Below are positions 25,182-38,633 of a stretch of DNA of 64,000 nucleotides, piece after piece. The notes under the pieces were generated by a model. The model was not told where the DNA came from. It saw nothing but the letters and a program-made list of their open reading frames with translations, and made no database searches. Source of the DNA: Monocercomonoides exilis PA203. Taxonomy: Eukaryota; Protista; Preaxostyla. Numbering within the stretch: the first letter of the stretch is position 1; every line of letters begins with the position of its first letter. The stretch spans positions 1,302,001 to 1,366,000 of the forward strand of contig LSRY02000012.1 in NCBI GenBank assembly GCA_001643675.2, written 5' to 3'. The position numbers and the translations under genes are program-made.

Positions 25182-25862
25182 ATAAACATTTAATACAGAG
25201 GAAAATAACGCTTTTTCTTGGATATAGTTTCATAAACAATAGGATTAAATATCAAAGTAATTTCTCTGGGAGATACGATTATTTGTTGATATGAACCAAG
25301 AAAATTTGAAAGCACATGTTAAAAAGCAACCAAAAGCAAAAGAATAATATGAGTGCTGTCTAACAACACTTGCAAACGAACCTAACAGGATGATAAACAA
25401 CTGCCAAATAGCAAAAATAAAACGGCATTTCACTGAAGAAAGAGAGGGAAACAGAGATAGAGACACACAAAAAAACTACCATTGAAAGATATGAGAAAAC
25501 AGGAGGCGTTGAAAGCCACACAAAAACTGAAATAAAAGTGATGCTAGAATAACAGACAAACAGATAGAGAAGCTGAAAGCTGAAATAGAGGCAAAGACAT
25601 GAGATGAGTAAAGATTGAAACTAAAGAATAGTGACAATAACCTAAGCATTTTTCTTCACCATAAATTAATTGAATACTACAAACTTTCTCCTTCAAATAA
25701 AATAAAGGAGAAAAGAAGAATGAATAGTCCTCATAAAATAAAATACACAATTGTTAAAAGTCAACTATAAAATAACATTCTGAACTCTTTGTTGATTTGC
25801 TAAGAACAAGCACAAACAACTTTTATTTTATTTTTATTTATTTATTTATTTTATTTTATTTT

Positions 25863-28800
25863 TTACTCTCTTTTCTCTACTCTCCAATTCGCTGCTTTTG
25901 CTGATTTCAATAAGAATCTCGGAACCAAACCCTCAAAGTTTGCTGTTCCCATCCACTTCATGTCCTCATACAGCTTCTCCAGGAAGATCAGCCTCTTTTC
26001 GAGTGTTGGCCACTTCACATCGTCGTCCCAGTCGCTCTGCAGCACCACCCGTGTGCACACATCCATCGTCTCCCACAGCAGCCCCTGGGCAGATCCAGGC
26101 TCATTGATCAGCAGCTTCACAATGCTCTCATGTAATGTACCTTCTTTCAGCCCTGCCTGTCTCACTGACGCTGGCACATGCTTCGCCTCGCTCAGGGCAT
26201 GTGCTGCATACACCATTCCCCGTGCTGCGCAGTGCATGTTGTTGTCGAATCCTCCAACCTGAGGCAGATAGATGCTCATCTGCCACACCGCCCCACTTGA
26301 TAGACTCGACAGACACGCATATGGAAACAGCGAACCAACATACGACTGATGGAACCCTTTTCCTTGTGGATTGTGCACATACGCAAAGAACGCACTCTCC
26401 CACGTCTCTGCTCCTGCTGTTCCTGCTGAGGGAAGAGCAGACAAGGCAGGTGCCTCTCCATCGCTGCTGGGGCGAGTGAGCGAGTAAATGCGGCACACTT
26501 CGCTCAGAGTGCATCGAGGGTCGTATAGCTGCATGGCATTGGCGATGGTTCGCAGTGTTTCTGCAGTCAACGGCAGACGCATTGTGAAGATGGTATGAAC
26601 AGCTTCCTTCAGCACCTGAATCAGATGGCACGAGGCTCCAATGCCAATCAGCGGGAGCAAGAATTCGCTCATTTCTTTCCCTCTGATCTGCTTTGTTGTC
26701 TGCTCAGTGTTGTCACCAAGTGCATCCACATTCATTCGCTTCAGCATCTCAAACGTCTGCTGGTTACTGCGCAGGAAAATCGTGATCTGCAGCAGATGGC
26801 GCGGAAGAGCATATCCTTCAATCATCTCACAAATTGCTTCCACACCCAGTGGCCCCACCAGCTCTGCCAGGCATCGCAGCTCAAATCCAGACACACGCTG
26901 CATAATCTGATCGTGAAATGAGGTGATGGTGCTGGCAGCTGATGCATCGCTGCTGGACGACGAAGCTGTAGATGATGGAGGGCGGATGAATCCGTTCTCC
27001 TGGCATGAAAACACAGTCTGTACTGATTCGTGGCTTGCCAGTATCGAACAGAACATGTCAGCATACCATCGTCCATAGAGCATCGCAATGTATCCTGTTG
27101 TTGGCCCATCATTCTCAAGTGTGATGTTTTGTGTTGAGGATGCAGTTGCTGTTGAGCTGAGCGGATCAGCTTCTGTTCCATCACACATCCACCCGGTCTT
27201 TTCGCGTCCAAACAGCCGATAGAACCAGGCACCAACAGGCATGGTGCGGTCGAGGCACATTCCAGGCGCAGTCATCGCAGGCACCACACACATGTTCAGC
27301 ATTACTCTCTGTGCTATCTCATCCACCTGCAGCGAAGGGAACGGCAGATGCAGAGCGACTTTCGCAGCAGACACGATGCTCTTAATGACAGCAAGTGCAA
27401 CTGACGGAGCAACTGGCCATTCGTTTTCTTTGATCACAACAGGTGCTGGACAGTCTCCTTTGAGTGCAGCATTTGCCGTGATTGCTGGGCGGAGGGTGTC
27501 CAAAGAGAGAGCTGCTGGTGGGTTCCACCAGACAGACGGAGGATCTGCCTCGTAGTCGAGGAAGGACAGAATCGACTTGTCCCGCTGATGTGCCGTGGCT
27601 GCCACGCCTGCCGAGATCAGCGATGTTGATGAGGACGAGCTGGCCAAAGAGCTTCCGGTGCCTTCCTTTCCTGACGACACCACAGCTGCTGGGCGGGCGA
27701 TGTTAGACAGACCTACGCGGAGTCTGTTGCCGACTGCCAAAGCGAGGCGGAAGTCGTATTCAGCACCAGCAGGCACAAACGGGAACACAGGCGGGTCAGA
27801 CACGAAGTCTGCGATGAGCTGTGTGGTGGCGCTGACTGAAAAGTGGTTGATGGGCAGCGAGCAGACGTGGGCGAACATGCTGCTGAGGAGGCGGCTGAGC
27901 ATCACAGAGAGGATTCCGCCGAGGCAGATGTGGTCAGAGTTGAGATGGATGATCCCATCAGACTCTTCCAGTCCAGTCAGGGCATATGTGAACAGAGGAG
28001 GGAAGGTCGAGGCTACAGGGGCAGCTGATGAGGGCTGAGAAGGTGTAGACGAGGAGGAAGGAGCAGCAGCCGCAGCAGAGGAGGAGGAAGAACCAGAAGA
28101 AGATGGCTTCCCAGTCATCGAATACAGCGCAGTCAGCATGCACACGAGCTTTGTCTGAGCAGCAGAAACGCGCGAAAGATTGTCTCGCATCGAGAAATGG
28201 GATTCTTTGCCTGCAACTTCAGCGCTCTGATAGGACAGGCTGGAGGCGCCTGCTTCTGGTGTGCCAATGATGGCATCAGCCAGTTTTGTGATGGACGACG
28301 CCTCTCTCTGCTTCCGCACAGTGACGATGATGATGGCTGCCAAGCACTCCTCAATCTTCCGCACGACGAGATACACAAACGTCTTCGTCCACAGAAACGC
28401 CGCCTCTTCCTTCAAATAGCGCGAGGTGGCTGGGAACAGCGGGTTGGAGAGCTGCTTCAGCAGATACGGCGCGCGGATGAGTGTGGAGGTGACGTCACAT
28501 TTGGCATCGCCGGAGTCCAAGTAGCCGTTGAGCACATGCACCAGGCGTGTCATGTTCCCGATGAGGACGTGGGTTGCGCCGAGGGAGTCGACCGTCTCTG
28601 CAAACAGCTGCGGGTCAGCCAGCGTGATCATCCGCCCGATCTTCTGCAGGATCGGCCACAGCGTCTGGTGTGCCGACGACTGCCGCGACGTGTTGGTGGT
28701 CATGTCGCACATCATCCGCAGGCACTCCAGCCTGCACAGCTGCAGCGCTGTCCACCCGAGATGCTCCTTCTCCAGCGGCACAATCGACTTCTCGCTCTGC

Positions 28801-30492
28801 CCCGCCGTCTTCAGCACCTCCAGCACCTTCCGCAGCACAGACGTTGCCGACGAGTCAAATCCCTTTCCAATGTCATCAAGTGCAAACTTCAGCGCCTTTG
28901 TCGACTTTCGCATGAGGACATTACGGCACAGCACAGACACGTCTGCTGCCATCAGTGCCAGCGCATCCCTCATCCGCACCATCAGGTCAAACAGACGCGC
29001 AATCCCAATCCAGTCTTCGAAGTCGGTGTCCTTCACACCCAACTTCTTCTTCGTCTGAGGAAGTGGGTGCTTCACATGTGCAAAGTACGAGCTGACCTCT
29101 GCTGCACACAGCGCCACCACAGTCATCCCGTTCTCGCAGCAGACAGGCGCGTGCAGCTGCGGGTCTTCCAGGAAGAACTGCAGCAGACGCTGCCCCGTCG
29201 TCAACAGCAGCGTCCTCCTCACAGACGCCTTGTACGGCCCTGTCTGCCACGCTGCTTCAAGCGCCTTTGACGGCATTGACTTGTCGATCTTCAGTGTCTT
29301 GCTCTTAAAGTTGTTGAACAGCGCCTCATAAGCAGCGTGTGGGTAGAACACCTCGTCTCCGTAGAGTGGCACAGACAGACAATCTGACAGAATTCCTTCG
29401 ATCTCTTCGAGCTGCTGCGTCTGACGGATAATCTCAGGACACATGAGAAACGCAAATATGTTGAAAAAGTGGGCTTCTCCAGTGATTTGCATGGAAATCT
29501 GCTGCTGCTCGTAAATTGGCTCCAGATCATTTCCATTTTCTTCTTCTTTCTTTTCTGACTCCTCTTCCTCTTCTTCATCTTCTGAAGGTTGTAGATATGA
29601 AATAAGTTTATCACCTTCATACACTCCAAGTGGACCAAGCCATCCAAGAGTTTGAGGGTCCTTAGACCAACGCACAATATCGCTTGTTGTTGGTATTGTT
29701 GCTTCAACTATCCGTGTCAGTCCTTCCAGTTCCTGATGTAAAAATGTTATTGGTTCGTTGAAGTTGAATGCTTTGAGAAAAGCAACGATCCTAAAAGCGA
29801 AATAACCAAACATATTATAAATGATAAATACAATCACTTTAATCCAACATACATTTGATGATCAGGGTAGTTTGTGTGCTTCACAGATTGATGAATAAAT
29901 AAATATGAGCCCACAATTGACTTAAAAGATTTAAATGATGACAAAAGCATGTGCATTTTGATGTGACGGTTAAATGAAATGATAAATTGGTTTCGTAGCT
30001 CATAATTCTGCAATTTACAAAAAATATTTGTCCATCAAAAACAAAAAATTTATTTTATCCAAACTTTAAATTGATTGTAACTTGATCCAATTTCCGTCAA
30101 AATCACAAGAGAAGCATTTCTTATTTCGACAAAATTTGAAGCAAGATTTGCAAATGGCTCCAATTCATTAAGAACTTGTTCTTTTTTGATGTTTGCTTTT
30201 TCGCAATTATCCATCTTAAATAAATAAACAAAGATTTTTAATAGTGAACAAAATATAAGACATATAACAATTAACACGTTAAATAACTTTATGAGCTAAC
30301 CTTACTTTGATCAGGATCAACTTCGTTGAATGATGTCAAAGGCCAACATTTTGCTTGTTGTAATTGTTGGATAACCGGAGGCTGGTACTGCGGGCAATCA
30401 CAATACGCTTTAAAGTCAGATAGTCTGAGCAGAAGAGCATTTGAATGCTCGTTCAGAATAATCAGACGATCAATTATATTGACTTTATCCAT
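25863..30492 (-). CDS. NCKAP1: Nck-associated protein 1 / NAP1 / HEM (WAVE/SCAR regulatory complex)
   Basis: N-terminal IDRLIILNEHSNALLLRL; VPLYGDEVF; ELRCLAELVGPLG; GFDNNMHCAA. Several short 5' exons precede one long exon. Confidence 0.8.
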
Positions 30493-33042
30493 TGCTTATG
30501 GTTAATGTTTGATCTTCGTCATAAAAATATTATTTGTTTAGCAATTAATATATTTCGTGATATTTTCATAATAGTTATTTTGAACATTTCAATATAATAA
30601 TTAATTTAAAAAATTTTTATTATTTGTCATTTTTTTTGTGAATTTTTAATTTAATATTATTTATTTGCTTGAAAAGAAGGTGCTGTTGTCCAGTTCTCAT
30701 TTAATAGAAGCATGAAATTTACAAATTCTTGTTGCGGAATGTATTTTTCAAACTTATATTTTTGGATTTTCGATCGCCTACGATAAGTTAAAAACGCAGG
30801 TATTTGTTATTTTTTGCTCACCAAAACTCAATCAGATTTTGAAATTGTGCAGTTGTTCGAGAGGAGATGACTTTATAAAGAATAAACAGAAATACAAATA
30901 AGGTGAGAATTATTTTTTCAAATCTTTTTCCAAAACATTTTATTAATTGAATGCTTTCATTTCAAATTTTAGGAAGATAACAAGATAATTGTTTGATTTT
31001 TGCTTTTTCGAGGAAGAGATTCAATTTTATTTTTCAAAGTTGAATTTTATTTTTTTTGAATTTGTGTAAATTTTTAGGTAATAAAGGATATTTAGCAAAA
31101 AAATAAATAAATACAAGGAATCAAAACAACATTTACAATAGTTTTTGCAGTTGTCTAAACAGAATTCGCACAAGAATTCCCGCTGTGGGTAATTATTTCT
31201 TATTCGTCTTGTTGGGAGATTCAAAGAAGCATTGGAGTGATACGATAAATCTGCATACTGTACAATGACCAAGTTTATGACCCATCTTGTGAACCAACTT
31301 GATGCTTCTCCATTTCTTGAATTTGAAGAATTCCACTCATTATCTCAAATCTAATTGATACCTTCATCAAAATAGGAACGGATTTTATGAAAGAACTTGG
31401 ATTCTTCTCACCAAACTTGAGATAACTTCTGCGAATTAAAAATTTGATAATATCAGAGAATTATTGTTCAAAGAAGGGATACAAAGAATTAAATATTGTG
31501 AATGCCGGGTTCTAGTTTTTGATGATTACAATCTTTTACATACTGTAGACTGAATATGCATTCAGAATTCGACTTCTTTCAACATTTTGAAAGAATTTTT
31601 TTGATGAAATCAATAATTGAGATTTATTAATAGATATTAATTCGCGCAGAAAATGCAACTATACAAAGACAGATACATTTCACTTGAACAGAAATTTCTT
31701 CTGAACATGCAAAACACGAGCAAATAAAGCAACAGATTCTTGGTAATGATGAAACAGAATCCGTAAATGAGATAGACAAATACAATTAATGCAACTAAAA
31801 AGATGATGAAACCGAAGCAAATGAAGAAGAAGAAGAGAGAGAGAGAAGGAGGAAGCGAAGGAGATCAAAAAATCTTAATACATAAAAACTACCGGACTTG
31901 GTGATTTCAAGATGGTCACAGAAGTCAAAAATGTTGAAGAAGCAGAACAAAAGAAATGGAAATTCCACAAACAACTTCATCTTCATCTCACGTTATCTAT
32001 CAATGCAAACGAATGCACAAGGAACATAATCACGTTTGGTGTGGACGAAGGAATGGAGATAAAAGTGTTGCTGAGCTCATTGAATGCTGCGCACAAGAAA
32101 GGTCGAACAACCAGCTTTTCCATTATATTGCACAAACACTTCACCTGCAAGTTGCAATGAACGAAGAAGTCTTTGACGAATGATTTGTTATGAAGCTTTG
32201 GAACACAGAGACAGATCAGCAAGGATAGATAGCATGGACGGACACAAAGAAGATCCAGAAGATTGTAACGTTCTTTGGAAGTCTGCTTGCAAAGAATGCT
32301 TAACTACGGTCTGTGCTTGAGCATATGAAGATGAGTGAGGCAGACACCATTCCATCCACAAGTGTATTCTCGAAAGAACAAGAACCACACAACGCTATTT
32401 GAAATGAGGTTGAACGTTCTGAGGAAGTAGTTTGACTGTAAAGATATGACATAGTTTTTCTTAGACATGCTTCCAATATACGATTCACTGTACGGGATGC
32501 TTTGTCATGTACTTCTTCGAGTCTGTTGCGATACAACAGCTGAATCGTAGACAGGAACACATCTTCAGGATGAAGCGTATTAATTGTTCGGAGGAAATAC
32601 AAAAAGTGAAGAGGAAGTTAATAGCCGAGACAATCATAGAGATTGAAGCAGCAATTGACGAAGTGAAACAATCAGTGAGGGCAATAACAAATAATATTGT
32701 TGTGATTGTGGCAAACTTGCTCGTGACATATTTCTCGATTCTATAATTCATTATCTCAAAAAATTGCTATAAAAGCACAATTTACAAGAAAAATTCGTTT
32801 TAAAATTTAATTTGTTGTTGATGAATGTTAGTGCTTTGGTTATTTTTAATTTTTACAAAGCTTTCAAAGTTTAAATCTTTGAAAAATAGCTAAAAATTTC
32901 AAATTATCTCACTTATATTGAATTTGTAACCTGTAAACTGAAAACAGAGAATGCATTGCAAAAGTTGAAGTATTTTATGAAACTGAAATGAAGTTGATAG
33001 AATTAATTTGAAAAATGATCTTCAACCCAAAAGTACTTAAAC

Positions 33043-34032
33043 ATGGCAGCAAGCGGAAAGGATCAAGTGAAAATTATCTTGGTCTGTTTTTTATTTTGTT
33101 CGCTTTAAATGTATTTTATTAAATTTGTTATAAATATAGGTTATGGGGAAATCTGGGAGTGGTTTGCTTGCAATTTTCAAAAGCTTCCGTAAATTATTCA
33201 TTTTGCTTTTTTTTCCATCATAGGCAAGCAGCCACGTATTGACTGCTTAGCGGAGGAATTCGGCTTTAAACAGATTTCAACCGGAAATCTTTTCAGAGAG
33301 TGCATCGGAACATTCAACAGCATTGGATTCGAAGGAAGTTTGAATGAAACGTGGGATGAAGAGAAGAAAGATTTCAAGGATGATGCTGTTATTGTTGAAC
33401 TATTAAAACAAAAATCAAAGACTCCTGATGTCCTCGCAAAACCAGAAACAAACATGCAAACAGTTCTTCTGGGATGCAAAGCAAAATATTTTGTTGAAAG
33501 TGGACTTTTTGTTCCAGACACACTGACTCATGGTATTTTTGCAAATGCCTTCGAGTCATATTTTGCAGCTCCACTTGAATCTTGCGGATCTGCACGCCGT
33601 GGATTGATCTTGGACGGATTCCCAAGAACAATTGGTCAAGCAGAATTCTTGTTGGAATTGTTGTCAAAGCACAGTCTGAAAGTGGACTTTATTCTTGAAG
33701 TTGATTTGGACGACGAAACAATTGTGAAGCGTACTACAGGACGTCGTATCTGCCCAGGTTGCCAGTCCGTCTTCCATTTGATGTTCAAACCCCCGCGCGA
33801 TGGTCAGTTCTGCACGAAATGTGGAGCAGTTGTGAAGCAACGTGCAGACGATGCAACAGAAGATCTTCTTCGTCGTCGTTTGAACGAATTTGCAACAAAA
33901 GTTGCTCCATGTCTTGCTTTCCTCAAAGAAAAGGGAATTCCTGTTGTTACAGTTCCAGGAAATCTTCCTGATCCATCACCTGCTGCAGTGAAAGAAAGTG
34001 TCATGGGCTCAGTATCAAAACTGTGGCAATAA
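33043..34032 (+). CDS. adk: Adenylate kinase, divergent type with Zn-binding LID, 2 introns
   Basis: Spliced P-loop ILVMGKSGSGKQPR, ISTGNLFR, GLFVPD, ILDGFPRT..QA, GRRICPGC...CTKCG...QRADD. Confidence 0.9.
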
Positions 34033-34195
34033 TTATATTTTTCAAACTTTGGATTTTTTAAGAAGGTTCTTGTATATTATCCACAAAAGAAAACATTCTA
34101 GTTAATTCAAGATAAAAAAAAATTTTTTTTGTAACTTTGACATACAACAAATGAAATGCATGAAGTGAAAAATTTTGAAGAAATACATGAATTGA

Positions 34196-34639
34196 TTAAT
34201 GATTCTGCTTCGGTATTTCTGCTTGACAGCAAACAAACTTAACTGTTCCAACATTAACAGTTTCACTTCCACATTTAAAAGTGACCCCGTTGTCCACATC
34301 AAGAGTGGTGATGCCATCGCATGTTTGATACGAATGTAAATGCCCCTTTACCATGAAAAACAAAATAAAATCAACAATAAGAAATAAACATGCAACAAAC
34401 CCGAACTGCACATTTAACATCCATTCCGGTGCCTATCCTGCGTGCAATGGACTGTATTAAAACAAAAAATAATCAATGTAAAGCATAAATTTATAAATAA
34501 AATTTTTAACCTCATCGTATTTTGCCAATATCATATCAGCTTCTTCAGGACTGTAAAATCCTTGTTCAATCATCTCGCTCAAAGATTCAATAAGCGAGCG
34601 TCCAATTGTTGATTGACGATATAAATAATCTGTACTCAT
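34196..34639 (-). CDS. TOA2: Transcription initiation factor IIA gamma subunit
   Basis: YLYRQSTIGRSLIESLSEMI...ILAKYDE; KGHLHSYQTCDG; VKFVCC. Confidence 0.88.
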
Positions 34640-34930
34640 TTAATGTGGGTGGATCATTTTTTATTTTTTAATTCAGTTCAAAAAACAATATTCCAAAGTG
34701 AGATATTATATGTTCATGACTATTTTTTTTCATTCATCCTCATTTTCTTGTCCAACAAGATTTGAAAAATTATGCAGATCCCAAACCTTTATAAGTAAGT
34801 TAATATGTTGATCAAAATTTTTTGTGCACAAAGTGATCTTTTCATACTCACCGTTATATATATAATCCAAATGATTTAATCAACATTCAATTTATTTGAT
34901 ATATCTTTATCAAACTAATTATAATTTAAA

Positions 34931-35341
34931 ATGGTTAGAACAAAGCAAGTTTCTCGTAAACAAATTGGTGTTAAAGCTCCACGCAAACAACTCGCTTCAA
35001 AAGCAGCAAGAAAAACAGCAGCTGCAGCTGGTGGCGTGAAGAAGCCCCATCGTTTCCGTCCAGGTACTGTGGCTCTTCGTGAAATCAGAAAGTATCAGAA
35101 GAGCACTGAACTTTTGATTAGAAAGCTTCCATTCCAACGTCTTGTTCGTGAAATTGCACAAGAATACAAAACTGATTTGAGATTCCAAAGCTCAGCAGTT
35201 GCAGCTCTTCAGGAAGCATGCGAAGCATACCTCGTTGGATTGTTTGAAGATACCAACTTGTGCGCTATTCATGCAAAGCGTGTTACAATCATGCCAAAAG
35301 ATATGCAATTAGCAAGAAGAATCAGAGCTGAACGCGCGTAA
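34931..35341 (+). CDS. H3: Histone H3 with a divergent N-terminal tail
   Basis: [40 protein letters not shown]...[19 protein letters not shown]. Confidence 0.98.
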   Translation: MVRTKQVSRKQIGVKAPRKQLASKAARKTAAAAGGVKKPHRFRPGTVALREIRKYQKSTELLIRKLPFQRLVREIAQEYKTDLRFQSSAVAALQEACEAYLVGLFEDTNLCAIHAKRVTIMPKDMQLARRIRAERA

Positions 35342-36688
35342 ATTGTATCAATGATTTTTAATAAAAAAATTTTCTGTTTTTCCATTTCATTTTATTTATT
35401 TGTGTTATTGAACACAAATGATAAAATAACTAAGAAATTTCAAGAACTTTATAATATTTTGTAATATCAAAAAGTTAACAGAGAATAAGAAATAAATTAA
35501 TAAATATAAAAAAAATTAAAGTCAATTCAATAATAATAATTGAAGATTAATTGAAACGAATCAAAAAATTTAGCAAAAATGAAATCAAAATGTTGAATTA
35601 CAATTTTTACCAAAGCATTTCACAACATATTGTTGAGTCGGTAACTGAAACCATGAGATATCAATTGAACAATTTATGCGATTATTTGTTTGATGAAATC
35701 GCAGGGAATCTCCAAAATTTGAATAAAGAATTATCTCTAAAGAATATTCAATAATGTATTTTGATCAATTTTTAATATTTTTACCAAAAGTCTTTGTAAA
35801 ATTTGACGATATCTTAAGGGGAAAAAATTAGTTATTTTCATTTAACGTGGAAGAACGACAAAAAGGTGGACGAGTGTTTCTCCGAATTTCTCAAAGATAA
35901 AAATTTGGGCGACTTCTAAATTCTCTCGCTTTCCACTTCGGGGCGAGAAGTGAAGATTGGATGAAACATAATTTTATACGAAACAGATTGTGAAGAACAA
36001 TGAGGGAGCATATGATGGAGGATTTTATGATTTTGCCTCAAATGAACCATTATGGAAGAAGATAGGAAGCAAAGTGGTTTTTTTTTTGTACACAATGAAA
36101 TCGGAAAGAGAGAAAGAAAATGCAATATACAAGCAGTGAATGAAGAATATTGAAAGGAAAATATAAAGAATAATGTTTTAATTTTTGAAAAATAGTGTTT
36201 TTCGTTATTCTTCATTCATAACGAATGAAATTATTTCTTGTTATTCATTTAAACATGTTTTATGCACAAAACCGAAATCTCTTTTGAGTTTTCAGTTGAA
36301 AGGTTCACATGTATTTCAGTTTTTTGAACGGATAAAGACAATTTTTGAAGATATATTTACCGATTATTGAAGAGAAAACGATATGCAATGAGAAAAAGAA
36401 TCTTCTTTCTTTTTCCGGTAAAATTATTTAAGCTTTTGAATTTTGAATGTTGGTGGAATCTTCACATTTTGACTACCATGTCTAATTGCTAAAAATTATT
36501 GAGACAAACGAGCATGAATCTGCGGATGATGAATAAGTCAAAAAATGAGCTCGACAATACAAATAATTTCTTCATTAGCAAAAAATAAATGCAAAATATC
36601 CTTGTTGCTCAATCTGATGCATGCTATGTTTTAAGGCAAACAAAGTGGAAGTACAAAAAATGAAGTGAATCAAAAAAAAAAAAGTTGT

Positions 36689-38102
36689 TCAACAATAAAC
36701 AAAATATTTAGGCAAATAATTAACTGCAAAATATTCTCCAGCTTCTTCTTTAACTTTGCAATAACGCAATCCGACCAAAAAGTCTTCATATCCTTCATCC
36801 TCAAACTTGTCAAATAGCATTCTCTTGATCTCTTTTCGCTTTACATCCTCACTTTCATTTTCCGTCTTCTTCAATCTTGCATAAAGATCTTCAAAAAAGA
36901 ACAAACATCTTTTAACTGTTGAATTTATCATATCCAATCGAACTATATCCTCCAATACAACATCAACTGCTCCACTTTTCAACAAACAACCAATTTTAAC
37001 TGCTTTATTTTCCATTGCACTGCGAAATGATCTTATGAATTGGTCAGTTATCTCTCCGTGACAATCCTTTGCTTTTCGAAATAACTGAGCAATGAAACAA
37101 ACCAGCACAGAAGAATCTTCATTACTCGGTTTGGACGAGTAAAAGAAAGAATCAAGCGTTTCGAGCCATCTAATTAAAATTGTTTCTTCTTTTGTTACTG
37201 CGCTTTCCTTCTTTTTTTCTTCATTTTCCTTAGAATTCACATTCTTTGACGCAAGTTCCATTTCTCTTGTAACTTCGTCAACAAAATGCAGCTTGCTAAC
37301 AATCGTTCGTTTTAATCTTCCTTCGTCATCAAATCTGGTAATCAATAACTCTCAAGCTGATTGATATGCCAATGGAGTAAGATTGCGGTGCTTTTGATGA
37401 TATTCGATGATTCCTTTAATATCATACAAACAGAGTTTTTCTCCAAGAGTCTATAAATTTTAAGTTCATATAATCATCAAAAAACATAAAAAAAATGCGC
37501 ATTAAGAAAATGAATCAAGCCTCATGCTGTGCAATATTGCTCAAAGCAAGCAACACCATCTCTACATCTTTTTGTGCTTCCTCGCTTTCTTCTTTCTTCA
37601 AAGCAACTTTCAGCAGATAAGGTACATAAACCAATAACGATTTGTCAAAATATCTGGGATAAAAAAAACTACAAATTTCGCAAAGAGCAACCATTTGATT
37701 TATGCTTCTTTTTTCTTTTTTCTTTTCTTTGTTACAAATCATCTTGAATATTCTTTTGTTCAGCAAAGAATTGACATAACCTTTGTTTAGTATGCGTTTG
37801 ACTATCGTGCAATATCCCATGTGCTTCAACAGCAAAATAACATTTTCCATCGATATTTTCTCTTCTTCAATCATTTTATCGATTGCATCGAACAGTTCTT
37901 TTGTACAAATAGATTTGAATTCTCTTTCGTCCATATCATCCATAAGTCCATTCATTTCATCAATTTTCTGTTTCTGCTCAATTTCGGTGCGGCTTTCGAG
38001 TTCAGAAAACAATTCTTCAAAAAATAAATGGAAAAATCGTAATCATCATAAATTCAAATAAAGCAAAACATGCATACCTGAAAACTTTTCTGTATTTGTC
38101 AT
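36689..38102 (-). pseudogene. Member of a lineage-expanded uncharacterised family (MTNTEKFS..LFSELE..EQKQKIDEMN) with an in-frame TGA
   Basis: Three exons. The last exon reads ...HRNLTPLAYQSA*ELLITRF with TGA at 37352-37354, and the frame stays open on both sides of the stop. Confidence 0.65.
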
Positions 38103-38633
38103 CTTCTGAAATTTACAGTATTTTTGCATGAAGATTAAAACGGCAAATTGTCATATACACAAAAATAATCACAGAATAAAAAAGAAAAAATTAAATAAAA
38201 GAAAAATACATAACATTCATGTGAAAGCTAACTTCCATACCAAAATTTATATGCAAGTATTTTTTGAAAGCTAAAAAAAGATTAAAATAATGATTTATTC
38301 TTTTAAGGATTAGTTAATGGCAATTCTGATCATGAAATTTTTAAAAGTTAATTTCGATATTTCTTTTCAAAATTTTATGAATTATATTTTATTGAGTGGC
38401 AAAACAATGAAAATAACACATTGAATACTGAATAATTTCACTTGTTTTATGATAAAAGTTTAGAGAAATTTCTAAAAACACATAAATTTTCATCGTCATT
38501 CATGTCGACAATGCTCACATTAATTTTTTGAAAGCATTTAGATTTTATCAAATGCTAAAACACAATTGATATTGAGAATTAAAAGTTTTAAGATTATCTA
38601 ACCTTAATATTTTCTTTTTGATATTTATGTTTT

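Noticed and set aside
28197-29270. 357-aa antisense ORF within NCKAP1 and similar overlapping ORFs in PP2C
   Set aside because: Same GC-bias shadow effect; no recognisable protein features.
2888-35341. Apparent clustering of transcription genes (RPA12, RPB6, TFIIIA-like, TFIIA-gamma, H3)
   Set aside because: Interspersed with unrelated genes over more than 30 kb; compatible with chance in a gene-dense genome.
36689-38102. Alternative genetic code or selenocysteine at the in-frame TGA
   Set aside because: TGA, TAA and TAG all terminate conserved genes in this window; no Cys-type context or evident SECIS.
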